Made by a program: the position numbers and the translations under genes
The notes under the pieces: model-generated
The model's database searches: none
What the model saw: the letters and a program-made list of their open reading frames with translations, nothing else
Told to the model about the DNA's origin: nothing
Shown here: positions 1-13,939 of the stretch, one piece after another
Position numbering within the stretch: the stretch's first letter is position 1
Layout: each line of letters opens with the position of its first letter
Source of the DNA: Tubiluchus corallicola
Lineage: Eukaryota > Animalia > Priapulida
Assembly: GCA_030141605.1 (NCBI GenBank)
Contig: JAQGDQ010000030.1
Location: 186,001 to 250,000, forward strand
Direction: 5' to 3'
DNA: 64,000 nt

Positions 1-3000
1 AGAAAAAGAGGCAGACAGGAGAAAAAAGAAAAGACGTCATTATGAGCGCAAAACTTCTGATGACGATATTGAAATAGCAAAGTCATCTGACCAAAAACAA
101 AAGGCTTACTTAACTCAGTCTCTTCCCAGAAATATTGGAAGTAGAGATATTTCCTCTTACATTATTGCAAAAGAAGTTCAGTATCCTGAATCGGATGAAC
201 AAAGAAGAGCTGCTACACTTGAACGAATCAATGTTAAGTCTGAAACAGATAAAGAAAATGTTAAACCCACAACATTACCTCAAAGCTTAAAAGCAGAAAA
301 AGAAAGGCTGAGTGGTCATGTCTATATAACTCCCTTAAAAGGTGGGGAGGAGTTAGAACAGCATGACTTACAGGATATTACTCAAAATGTTTTGCCAGAT
401 GCAGGGCCAAATTTATCTGAAAATAAGTACCTTTTTCTTAATGGTGAAAAACATCAAGGAGTCATTTTAGATCATCCCCGCAAAAGATTATCACAGTCAA
501 CAGATCGTGACGATGTTAAAAGTGATTCATTATTTGAATATGTTTCACAGCCTAAAGTAATGCATGTGCAAGAAATAATTCCTGTAGCAGCAGTAAGTGC
601 AAATCAGCAAGAAGAAATTAAAGAACCTGCAATCATCAAGCAAAAAGCCATTAAACCCGATTTTAAATCAGGGCTGTTTGATGCAAGAGCATCAATGTTT
701 GTGCCTAAAACTGATTCTGTTGACACGAAAGATGAAGAAAAGCTTTTGCATGATGCATCAAACCTATTAGACAGATTGAGAGAAGAAAAGTCCAAGCGGG
801 AAGCTAGAGTAACCAAAGCTGCTGCAAGTGACCATGATGGAATCTTTGAAGAACAGATAACAGAGGAACAACAAGGCAGTGCAACAGAAAAGGTTACTGG
901 TAGTAGTGAACTTGATGTGCTTAAGGAACAAATAAGGGCAGTGTTGGCAGAAGGTAGAGACAAGACAGACAGGTTGTCCGAAGATTGTGGGATGGGGGAG
1001 CAGACAGAGGTGCAAGCTGAAGCTTTTGAAACACCTCAGAGCATGGAGTTAAAAAGCAGTGATCGTTTTTCTCAAATGAAACAACAGAAACTGCCAGAAA
1101 ACATTGAAATAAAACCTGAATCTTCATCAACATCGAGTTATCTTTTTCAAGATGCATTTGGGAAACCCAAAAGAAGTGATATGGAAACACAAGGTCCTGG
1201 AACAAAAGATACCCTTTTACAAGTAGCCCAGGACAAACTCAATGACCCACATTTGCAACACAGGGAAAAATACTTAGAGGCAGACCCATCTCCGAGAAAA
1301 TCTAGTAATCTTGATAGAAGCGCTTCTTCAGTTTTGTCTGATCTTCAGCAAGAGTTAGCTTTTTATAAAGGTCACTGGGACAAGCAGGAAATGCCTGAAA
1401 TTATACCGCTAACAACATCCACAGAACAAGTTCTATCTTCTGAAACTACACTTGAAAGTGACCAAAAACCCCTCTTCCGTAATCATTTTCGCACCATTAC
1501 AGATAGTCCTACAATGCAGAAAGATCAGTTAAGGAGTACTCCAGTCACAAAATCGCAGTCATTGTCACCCACATCAAAAACAACATCAGATTATAATGGT
1601 CACATATCTTCCAAGTGGCAACCTCCCAAAATTTCATTTTTAACAGAGAAGCCAGCTGAGTTTTTACCAAATTGGGCAGCATCTTCAGTTGCATCTACTT
1701 TTACTGGAACTGTACCTATATTCAACCAGTCACCTGCAAAAATATCTTTGGCATCTGGTACATTAACACATCCATTGTCTGCCGAAAATTCACTTAAAGA
1801 AACACAGTGGCAAGCTCCTGTTACGGACATTTCACCAGATAAGTACTTTTTGGATCAGTTTTATCCAAGCAAACAGTATACCAGCCAGCAACGGCCATCA
1901 CCACCCCCACCTCCCCCACTGCCTCCAGATGACAAAGGCAAACTGTATAAAGATGGACTGCTGATGGTACAACCCAAGGAACCTCAGACGTCTGTCAAGT
2001 CATTTGCAGACAACAAATTGTTTCATCAAGGTCCACAAGACAAAGAAAGCATGCCTGCCAAGCAAGCCTATCAATCAGTTGCTAATGAAATAATGGAGAA
2101 ATTGAAAAAGAGCTCTCAGGCAAATGCAGGAACTAGTGTAAAAGATATTCTTGCTGCTCAGAAGGGGCTGCTATCTCGTCTTAGTGATGTCAAATCGGGA
2201 CGAATTGCCTCTCCACCTCTTAAGGATTTTATCTTACCCTATCCCGAATTTGCTGATTCTGATAATACATCCCACTCTTTGCCAAGAGACTATGGGGCTT
2301 TCAGAAATCCAGAAGCAGACCAACACACTTCTTTCACTGGTTTCAAAAAATTGTTTGAAAATTATCCTGCATCGTATTCTAGCCCCCACTTTGCGAAATT
2401 GGATAAAAACTCACAGGACACCCTTAGTTACCACCAAGATAACATATTTAAGTCACCCGTGCCAGTTCCTCAAGAGCTGCAGGAGCTTTCTGTATACACA
2501 AGTGATCAAGATGAGCTTGAAGAGCTTTACAAGGAACTGGAATCTATTGGCCCGGTAACTAGTGAAGACCATTCACGTGCTCAGAGTGCTAGCTCATTCT
2601 CTTACTTAAGTGATTCATCTTTGGATGAAGAACTTGAGGCTTTGAGAGACATATCTGAGTCAACACTCCGTGGCAGCCAGTCTGACACAGAAGTGCAAAG
2701 CCAGTCTGTGCACTCTGATCCATGGCCGCATTTGTCAAATCCAGATGGTCTGTCACGCGCTTCTAGTGTTTCCGACGATTGGTTTATCCCTCGCCGTCAT
2801 CCAGCAGCTAGCGAAATGGACAACCGGATACTGAGAGCTGATCAATCTGAAAAACTGTCGAGCAAATGGAGTTCTGATTGGCTGTTTAAAAATGCAGACA
2901 GTAACTTGAAGTCAGGCATTCGGTCACAAAAACCGGACTACTATCAAAGCGAACCAGAAATGTTCAGATATCTGACCACGCCTACTCCTCCACCTCGGCC

Positions 3001-3011
3001 ACCTTTACCAG
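1..3011 (+). CDS. CAP: Giant exon (>3 kb, begins upstream of window), disordered S/E/P-rich region of CAP/SORBS
   Basis: Frame of ORF 392..3028 is open from base 2 ([10 protein letters not shown]...). Donor CCAG|GTTTGT at 3011/3012 (phase 1). PxxP clusters [12 protein letters not shown] and [10 protein letters not shown]. Confidence 0.75.
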
Positions 3012-6000
3012 GTTTGTTGTGCATGTGATAGATTAGCTTAATGCATTGTTTCAACAAGGAGGTATAACTGCTTTATAAAAACTTTGTTTGCGGAATTTGC
3101 AATTTAAAACCTGTTCAATTTATCGTTTCTGCTGACAACTCTTGTATGGCATTAACGACTGGAATATTTCTGCCAGGGCATTTCAGCTTACATCCATAGC
3201 GTCTTTAAACTGAAGTGGCCACTTCAAATTATCAGGCCTATTTTGAAAGTACTGCCAAAATTCATACAGTTACAGAATCTTGCATGTTGTTCAGGTTACT
3301 AATTTTTTTAATTGGGCTAAACATTGCAGCTGATTATGCCTCCTTTGTCTTGAAAAGCTAACATTTGGTGGAGTTGATGTGATATTTATTTAAGTAACAA
3401 AGTGTTTGCAGTTCCAGTTTGAGAAAAGTGCTTTGATTTAAATAATGTAATTTTTTCCTGAAGTAATTGAATTTTTGAAGAACTGGCACTTGTAGTAAGG
3501 TACAATATTGGAATTAACATGTAATTAAAAGGAACCTTTATTTTTGTTTTAGTCGAATTTTTTTCATGATGTAACTTCATCGGAAGTAATACTTTTTTAA
3601 GTATCATATCTGAAAAACATGTTCAAACTTTCATCAAATGTTGGCTTTTCGTGTTTATTGTTTGTGCGGCTTTATGTTATTGTTTTCTTTAGTTGGTAAA
3701 CACGTATGTAAAATCATGACAGTTTCATCTGAACAGCCATTGGCATAATTCAGTGTTTACTTAAATTAAAAAGCAGTTTTAAAAATTGTGTGTCGTGTTA
3801 AAGCTTAAATTGTTCATGAAGTGGGAATTAGTGGTTAAGATAGCTAAGTTCTGGTTTGATGATGCCCTTGGATTACACTAGTGCAAGAAATTATGTTTTC
3901 ATTTCTTTTGAATTCAGATAAAGTGAGTTTTTTAATTATCTGCCTGTTGACTTTCCTGAATATGTTAGGCAGGCTGGAAAGGTTATGCTTCATTTCAAAA
4001 ATACTCATTTTTTTAAGACCTAATGGTTTTCTTGATAATTTTATTCATATTTCTATGCTAATGGCACTACTTAAGAAAATACTACTTGTGTGCAACGTTC
4101 ATTGAAATTACTGTTACTCAGCAGAATTCTTAAAGAAAACACTAACAAAAAGCCATTATTATTAATTGTATAAATTTCTCATATAATTGATTTCCGTTGA
4201 GTATTGACTGTAACTGTCACTGTTTCACTTCTCCTATAACTGAAGAAGAAAAAGATAAACTAAAAAGTGTAAATGAGAAGAGGCTGAAGTCTACAACCTC
4301 TCTGGAATGATAAGAATGCATCTAATCGCGATCTCCCAGCAAAACAATTTCAGCCTGTACGTGGGATGAATGGCCAGTTTAAATTTCCTGGTAATGTTTA
4401 TTTTTACTGGGATTTTTAAAAAAATCGTCTTATGGCACAACAACTTTGCTTCACTGTTAGTACTACTTAGTGGCAACTTATGTGAGCTTTATTTTTTGCG
4501 GGGCCAAGTGCAGCTGGCATATTGAAGGACAACTTGTCAAGTGAGACGTGTATTTCGGGAGCTTGTTTATTGTATATTGCGTCTCAGTTGCAACTGGGGT
4601 TTAATGGAAGCTCCATTAACAGAAGATTCTCATTTGTCTTGTACCGTTCACAAGTTTAAAATTGTAATATGCTTTCGACTTTCTTACTTGTGAACAGCAA
4701 TTTTGTTGCAAAGAAATCTCTTTCTCACATATTGTGATTATCGAAATTTTTCTTTATCATGTTCTTGTTGGCAACACACTGGAAACGTTCCCTGAATTTT
4801 TATAATGCACTAATTTTTCCCACGTGTCACAGTTTTTTCTGAAAAATTGGGTGCCAGTCTGGACTTGATATCTTTTTTTACTGCAATTAAGTTGTCATTT
4901 GAGATGCTATGAAAGTTTAAAATGCGGTTACAGTCACTGATCTCATTTCAGGCTTCGGCTTTTTGCAATTTTTGCTCACCATACAGGCATCCGGTAAACA
5001 TGCCTATCTGATTCATTTAACATGTTTTAATAAAAAATAACTCAATGTCTTAACGTGCCTCAAAATAAATTATAATCTTAACCTGACGTGTTGAATGCCA
5101 CAGCAGCAAGCAAAATATTTTCTTAGTCAGTTTCAACATTAATTACCCATTTTTGAGGTGGAGCCTAGAAAATATGCTTCCTAATTGAAAAGTGCTGCAT
5201 ATTTCTATTTAACTGTAAAGTTAGGCATTCATATTACAGTTCTGTGATTTAAAACTTGCATTTTACTTGCTAGGAAAACAAATACGGGAAACGTGAAAGG
5301 ATGTAGGGCTAATAGGGAACTCCCACAAAGCGATTTTGAAACAGATGGTTCATGGGCCTCCAACAAGTTCTTGAACTTTTCAGATTTGGTTTCAATTTCC
5401 TGCTTTTCGTTTCCTTGCAAACAAATGGAGTGGCTAAAATTGCTGTTTTGTTATTGTCATTAAAACATAGACAAAACCACATACGGTGGCATTTTTGTGG
5501 CTGTTCAGATGAAATAAATGTCTTCTGCTAACAGTAGTGTAACTAACCAACTAATCTCATTTTCCTCGCATAAAATTAAATTTGTGCAATAAGGAATCAG
5601 GTGATAAAGTGATAAGAAAAACTTTGCATTATTGTACTCTGTGTTGCCGCATACTGGCAAATATAAAAACAACAGCAAATTATTTGAAAAAACAAGAAAT
5701 TATTGAAACCTTAAACAGTTTGTTATACAGTTGTCTTATTAAGAAAGTACTTTTCTTCAAAGTTGAGGATTTTTGATATTCACAAATTCTGAATTCTAAA
5801 CGTGTCCCACTGTTGCATTTTAGCTGCTGCAGGTGGATGCATACCAGCCTGATCCCAATTATATCACCTCTGCTAGTTCAGTGGCTCATCCCAGCAAATC
5901 ATCTTTAATAATGAGATAAATTGCTGTTTTGCCACAACTACCTACATTGACTAGCAAGTGCTAGATCCCAATCACTACACCCGACGAGGAGCAATAGTTC

Positions 6001-9000
6001 CCATAAAGCAACAACAAAAACACACGAACACACAAAATAAACACGACTTACTTATTCTGAATGAGAAGAATTGCTGATAAATCTCATAAAATTTTATACT
6101 ACCAAAACCTGGGCACCCTCAAATACTGCTTGAGTGTTTATATTGTTAAGATTATTCAATTCATGGTAAATGATACCAGACAATAATTATTGCAAATAAT
6201 GCCAAGTAATTTGCAACTAGAAATTAACATTGTCATGCGTCCTTACATAGGAAAAAGTAGTAAAAAACATTTGCAGCTTGTCCTAGTCTAAGCATAAGCA
6301 CAGTCTATTGAGTAACTCATAAACACGAAAAAGTGGTATTAAACAGTGTTTACTAATACTACACATTTGCAATTCTGTTAGACAGCACTACTAACCACTA
6401 TTAACAGCATGTTTGTATCACGTTTTGCAGCCCAGCTCCACTTTTGCGCGCTGAAACAGGTAAGTGTGTTCTCATTTTTACTGTTCGAGGTGGTTTGAAA
6501 TTGTTTGTCCTTACTATAGGAGACTTTTAACAAAGAGGTATGCAAATTTTTTCAGCATTTTTGTAAACATCGTACCTTTTTTCTTCATATAAACACTCTA
6601 CTTTATTTTAAAGAGCCATTGTCCATTTAATTTTTTTTCACTAATGATTTACATGTTTCAGTGAACATTCTTTATTTACCTCTGAAACATTATTTGTTTC
6701 AGTGAACATTCTTTATTTACCTCTGAAACATTATTTCTGAGATTTTCTTGCGAAAACATTTTCGTGTGTGAAATTCTTAACTGTAAGCACTCGTAAATAT
6801 CCCTTATTTTCCTATGTGAAAGCCGTGCATTGTAAGCTGTTAATTGTACTCTGTAGTCCTGTTCTTACTTCAAGTTGATATTTAAACTTTAGCATCATAG
6901 TGAGCTGTAAACGGTTACTTGTTACTGGTTCTGTTTAAACTGTAAAAGCTCCTCTACCCTTCACTTTGAATCTGAATGTACTAATCGATTGGAGGCTATA
7001 AGTACCTTTATATTAATGATTTTGGAATATATTTTTGTTGTGTACAATAGCAGTTTTCTTGTGCTAAAGTAAGTGCACTTATCATTCCGCTCGGCCAACT
7101 TGACTGCAGAAGTTCGTTAATATTCAAGCATATTACATTTTTGAGTAGGTTTGCCTACACATACATTGTTTACGCTTCTTGTAAATGATAGTTTATTAGT
7201 AATAACTTGTTGTACATGTTTGCACTAGTACACTATTATAAACATGTATTATTATTTTCGTGCATGCTTTGCTGCCTATTGCAACAGCTTTGTATCACAT
7301 TGCATGCCCTTTTCATCTGAACAGTCGGCCATTTTTAAAAGTTAATTTTACATGGAGATTTTTTTTATTACACACAAGTATTCTCTAGATCTGAATTAAA
7401 CGCACAACAGAAAAACTTAAAACCAAACCCAAAAACAGCTTAAAATGGAAAATGGTTATGAACTAATAATATAGTAGCTGTGGTTAACAGCATTATAATA
7501 CAATATTTCAGCTACGGTTGAGTTATGCATGATTTTTCTTTTGCTTATCGGCTAGTCTTTTTGATTTTCAGACGACTTTACTCCTGCTCCTCCTGTTCCT
7601 GAGAGACATCCTACAGGAGGATACAGACCTGTGAAATTCAGCCCTTATCAGAAACCAGGTATATGTGAGTGTTTGTTGTCAAATTTAGCAATTTAACAAA
7701 TTGATGTCCGTATCAAATCAGTATCATTCTGAAAGAGGCGCTTCGAGTTCTTGGAGAAACCTAGCCATCCACTAATTAAATCATTTTCAAATAAGCATTT
7801 ACTATACAAATAGCCCCCCCCCAGAAGTAAGTTCTTATATTTCGTACTTGGTTAGAACTATCAGTGAGATCTTTGATTTATTTGTTTTTTTGCAATAAAA
7901 GTTTCACATATTCCTGTGTGTTTGATAAAGTGCTGTGATTATTATGAGTCTGTGTACATGCCTCATGTACATTTGACTGTGTTGTTGATAAATCGTCTCA
8001 CATTTTTATGGGGAATCAGACAGTTCACGTTTGGAAGACTTTGCAAGCATTTATGTTAGCATTTAGATTGTTAAGTAAATCGTATTTAAACAGATAGTTC
8101 CACTTAGTACTGAGTACTGATCCCATAAATTAATCAGATATTTTCATTTGGCTGTTTTAATTAGTACTACTGACGGTCACTTTAACAAGCTAGAGATTCT
8201 TAGTGTTGTTAATTGGTCTTTTCTGCAGTTTGGTATCCTTGACAACTCATGAGGTACATCTAATCAAGGTGTAATCTAAGTGTGGGGATAAGTTTTCAAC
8301 ATAATATTTTTTTAAAAGAAATGTAAAATTATTAACCTATGTTGTAGTTGTTTAAATTCATTTTAATTTCATGTTGACATTCATTGTAGCAATTAATATG
8401 TTAATGAAATAAAATAAAAAGTTGTACATGTATAGATTGGGTGTCAGGGTGTGTACAGCTTTTTATTTTATTTTATATATGTATTATCTAAAAAAACATT
8501 TGTGGAAAAGTCCTTTGGTGACTGGGGCAAAATTTTAGTATGTGTATTTACGTGTGTCCATGCTGTTTTAAATGCAGTTTTTTTTTTGTAACCATTTGCC
8601 ACCTTAAAAGAATGACATTTGTACAACAAAAATGACAAACTTCAACTGTACAAAAACTCAGTGGACAAAAGTATACTTTATAGGAGAAATTCTTTTTTCG
8701 CTGATATATTTTTTCTAGCCACAGTAATTCAAATTTGTATGAAAGTTAGTTGTTAGCTTGCAGCAGGTGTGCACAATCTACTTTGCTATTGGCTACACCT
8801 GTGTTACATGTTAATTGGTAATTAGGCATGAGTAATCAGGGATGGTATTATGTCCCTGCTCATTTCTAACAAGACATCATTGTTGATATGTGTTTGCAAT
8901 AAGCTCTGTGTGTGCAATTAGCTAGGTGAAATTTCAACAGACCAAAATTACGGATAATATTTTGACTATAAACATTGTGAAATGCTCTATTGTAAAGTGC

Positions 9001-12000
9001 GCTGCATAAATGCTATAGTTACCACATTATTGATTATTTGCTTTTAAAAGGAATTTCATTCCCATTGAATGCTTCAGTTTTAGAGAGAGTTGATTGAGTT
9101 TTTAATCATTTTTGTTTCATTACATTGACAATGACTCGATTTTTTGACTTTTGTGCGAGCTTTGTGATAAGTGGCTTGTCAACTGCATATTCTAAGCAAT
9201 TTTAGTAAACTTTTTAATAACTTTCGAATGGTGACGACTAGTTTCAGCAAAATAGCTAAAACTAAGATTTATCAGACAATATGAAAGCTTTTTGTTGTGG
9301 GCGTCATGGTCGCAAGGCTAAAGTTTCTTCTAAAGAAACAGGTGAATCTGAATTGTCTTTTTTATTTATAAGAAAGTTAAATTTTTTAAAATTTAAAAAA
9401 TTTTGCTTAAAATTGGCTTGCTTAAGATAGTGTATTTATAAACACTGTAAGCACTTCGTAGATTCCATCTAGGTTTAAATTTAAAAAACAATTTTTACAG
9501 ACATCTGTATAAAGCAGTGCTTTTGTTTCACAAGTCAGGTTGTTGTTCTATCACATTTGGAAGTTATATTTTTAATCTTTTCAGTTGAGTGTGAAGGAGG
9601 GACAGTAATTTTTATCTTGTTGAAGTTTTTTTACTAAAGAAACTTGAGCTTTTGAACAAATGTTTCACAATGGAGGCAGTTGTTTGACTAATGAAACCTA
9701 CTGTGTATAAGAGAAACCTGCATCTGTTTTCTAAACTTTTAACAGTAACAAATACTGATTATCTGCAGACTTTAGCTCCTGATTTCCTTTCAGCCATTTA
9801 CATTTCCTAGTTTGTGTCGCACTTCCACGACTTTCCTAAACCAAGCAATCTGGTTAAAAGTTAGCAAATATTTTTAATCCTCTTTATACCTTCATCTTGG
9901 CTTGTACTGTGAACTTTCTGGTGTACCTGCTAAAATTTTTGATGCTTTGATCTAAAATTCTAAATTCAATACACTTTATTTCAGCTACTTGGACACCCGA
10001 CAAGAAGCCCCCATTCACATCACAAAGTTCACCAGGTGCGGCCTGGAAGGCTCCCTCATATGACCGGGCAGATTCAGTACAGTCAGAGCCCACGTGGAAT
10101 CCACCAGCAACTGCTCGTCAGTCAAAAAAACCAGCCCCAGTTCCTAGTCAACCATCATATACGAGGTAATGTGTTTTTCTTTTATTATTTATAATTAGGT
10201 CGTAATTTTTATGAGACAAATGCTTCAGCTTCAGATATATGTAAATACTTTAAGATACATTTTACTTTCTATTCCTACATTTGTCCTTTATGCAGAACTC
10301 TGAAGTTGGTTAACGAAAGACTGTTGTCGAAAATTAAGCTTTTCCACGATAGTTTAGTAACATTCTAAGTTTATTTAATGGACTGTTTTTTGTTTTAAGT
10401 TATGTAACTTTACGTGCGTATAAAAAGTATAATATTAACAGAACCTTGTTTAGTGCTGCAAATAAAGCTGAAATGCATTTAGCCATATTTGAATACATAC
10501 TAAATGTACAATATGTTTTGTTCTGTTTGAAGGTCGCGGTCTTGGGATGCCGACGCTCATGAATCCGGCCCATTCCGTTCTAATCGACCAGACTTTCAAG
10601 CTGTAAGAACAGAATCTCCACGACAGCAACAGCCGCAGGTAAACTTTTACCTGTCACCATTCTTGTCTACTGTGACCGTATCAACCTACTATGAAATTTC
10701 AACTAGTTGTATTCTTAGGGCACGCAACTTCTCTCTCAACTTATTGCTGTAAGTTCTCTCTGAGAGTAAACTCACTAGTGTGAATGGCTTGGCAACTTCT
10801 CTCGCTCGCCACTTATTGCAAGCTCAGCGAGAGTTGCTGAGAGTTCATGCGTAAGTTGACACTGTCAAAGAGAAGTTGCGAAAGAACTCTCTAGTCTGAA
10901 TGCGCCATCAATGTGTGTGGATTTATTTCATTATTCGTTACATTTATGGTTAAAGTAAATGTAATTTGACAGTTTTATTTTGTCTTAAAATGTGTTAAAT
11001 TGCTGAATTACAAGTCACAGTTAAATTCTGCTAACTAGTACATCTGTGTGTAAAATGCTGCTTGGATTACACAGAGTCAAATGTAAATACTGTAGATAGG
11101 ATAGGGGACTCGTGGTGTAGTATTAACTTGTTGGACAGCAAACATTTTTGCATCAATGGCCACTATTGTTTGCTAGGATTTTTGCATGCTGTTATTATTT
11201 TCGTGTAAGTCACCTTTACAGTACTTTGGTAAGAACTGTTCGTATATTTAAAGGACACAGCTGAGGTTAGGAGTGAACGAGTGAAAAAGTGGAGAGAGCA
11301 GTTTGAACCGCCTAAACAGTCTGTTGCAGGGGTAAATTACCGTGTGTTTATGTTGTGGTTATAATTCTCTATCCTATCTGTTTGATTGCCAGTTTCTGGA
11401 CCTGGTCAAATGCATCTTATGTCTTTTAATGTCCAATAAAAATACCTGTATCCTCTGACATTGTCTCACACACAAGATAAGTTTCTATATGTGTTCCACT
11501 GTTTAAAATTTGGTATGCTAAACTGTTCAACATGGTAATGCATATGTTGAATTAACCTTTGCTTGCATTTGTATTGAAAGTACAGAACTATTAAGAGAAG
11601 AAGGCAAATATTGCAATTTTTAGTTTTCAAGAATTGGTCAAAGCAGGAATGCCAGGCAGGAAATTTTTTATCGTATCAGACTATACACTTCCAGAAGTGT
11701 ATATTTTCTGGGCGCAGTCTTCTTACACTGTACTAATTCCAAACATAGTTTAAAATTGGAATGATCTTTTAAGATGTTTGGGATTTACTTTGAAATCTTT
11801 TGATACTTAATTGTGACATCTGTTAGCTAAGTGTTGGCCCCCGATATACTGTGCTTATTCTTTAGTCAGTACATTATATTGATATCTTTATTGATATTGA
11901 ACAATACGACATGATTTTTGAGGATTATGTTATTGACAAATGAATGGCTATCATTGATCGGTGATCATTAATGAGTATGCTGAAATCTTTTAGCAGTAAA

Positions 12001-13893
12001 AGACTTATAACATCTTATATTAGAGACCTCAATATGTCAGCAGCGCCATACCTCTTAACTTCGTAACATTGGATCATTACAAAGTAACTTGTGCAGATTA
12101 TCATAACTTCAGTTCCATGCATGTTAAATTGAACATGTAAACAGTGTTGAGGAAAATGATTCACTTTTTCTTCTCATTTAGTACCGAGCTAATATTTTTC
12201 TTACCATACCACAGTTATTATAATTAAGTTTTTTCATTTTATATTTTAATTATTAGTAAAAGATCATTAAATTTCCATCTTGGTACATATTTTTAGGAAC
12301 AGTGACGAACTAACAGACTGTTTTTCTTACCTTTTCTACTGACGGTTTCTCTATGTATATGACTGAAGTTGAGAAAATTTAAAAGTCTAACTAATTATTC
12401 TTGTAATAATTTTGTATGATATTTTTGTCAACCCAAACCTAATGTGTTTTTCGTATTCCAGAATGCTCTTATTTTCCTTCTACTTTTATTTCACGCGAAT
12501 CTTCTAAAGCTTTAACATTCACTATTTCTATCCATCAACCTTTGTTATATATTAACTTTAGTATTGACATGTTCTGATAAAAGCAATAAGTAGTTACATT
12601 TTAAATGACAACCGCAGAACAGTTGATGAATGTAAAATCAATTTGACAGTTGCGTGATTATCAAATTGACATCAATAGTTATTATTTATGTGATCAGCAA
12701 GCATTATCCATCAATTTTCAGTGGAATAGTCAGATATCTGCTATTGTCTTTTACAGTGCCATCATTGTTAATGTGTTGATAAACTAATTTGTCACTTTCT
12801 TTTAGGGAAACCTGTGATGTTATCAAAAGCTTCATTTTTGAATAACAGTCGTTCTTTTGAATACGATAAATATATAATTATGTTGTTCTTTTCTTGGCAA
12901 CATTTTTTTGTACAATAAACTTAGTTGATGGCAGATTGTTTCATTTTCAAATTTTCCCTCTTGTTCGCTTTCTGTTCAAACAGTGAGACTAAATGTTTGA
13001 ATTGTAATTTTTATAGGACATAAGCAGTCCATCGTGGAGGGACAGAATGACCACACCTCCCCGCCCTGAACCACCCAAGCTTGATCCCCTTGCTTCTCCT
13101 GGAAGGCCAGCACCACCATCGTGGGGTAATAAGACTTCACCCACTCCCCCCATAGTACGAGGCCCAACTCCACCAGGTAAAATCAAAATTGAATTTCGAG
13201 CTGAATTTTTTCAAATAAATCCTAGTTTGCTGTATTGTTTCATAATAGTTTCTGTATTTTTGTTACCAATGAGTAGCTCAGTGGTTGAATGCTGGTTTCG
13301 TCTCAGGAGGATGTAGGTTCTGAGTAGAGTATTACAAGAAACTTCAAAATTGATACTTATGGTTTTTGGACAATAATTGGTCCATCTGTCCTGTTCCCAA
13401 TGTTGTAGGCCTGCCCTATACATTGGACGTGGCATAATAATGGAATAAGTGTAGTGAGATAGATAACTTAGTAATATATAAATGCAGGAAGATCGACTCA
13501 CTTAGATTTTTTTAAAGGCTTGCATTTTCAAGACTTCCATTCATTGTCAAAAATTGATAGTTATTTTATTGTAATTGTGCTTTTATGTTTATCGAGTGTA
13601 TTGTTGATGGGTAGTAAAGTCTGGGAAATAAATGAGTGGCTAAGTAAGAATGCGAACAGTGCTACATTGACTTTTTGTTGTTTATTCCCTACAGAAAGGA
13701 AGAGTCATGCACCGGCTGCACCTGCCCCTCCATCACGTTTTGCAGTTAATGGCAGTCCCATGCACTTACCACCTTCGCAGAATCCGACTGTTACTCTTTT
13801 ACAAAAAGCTAGAGGTATATTGTATGTTCTTGGCATTTTTATAATTCAGTTTATTTACCATCATTGTATGTATGTATACAATATGTATATTGT

Positions 13894-13939
<46 letters not shown>

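Noticed and set aside
604-2558. Antisense/alternate-frame ORFs overlapping the first giant exon (and likewise within 23203-25926)
   Set aside because: Shadow ORFs of long coding exons, with no motifs or splice support.
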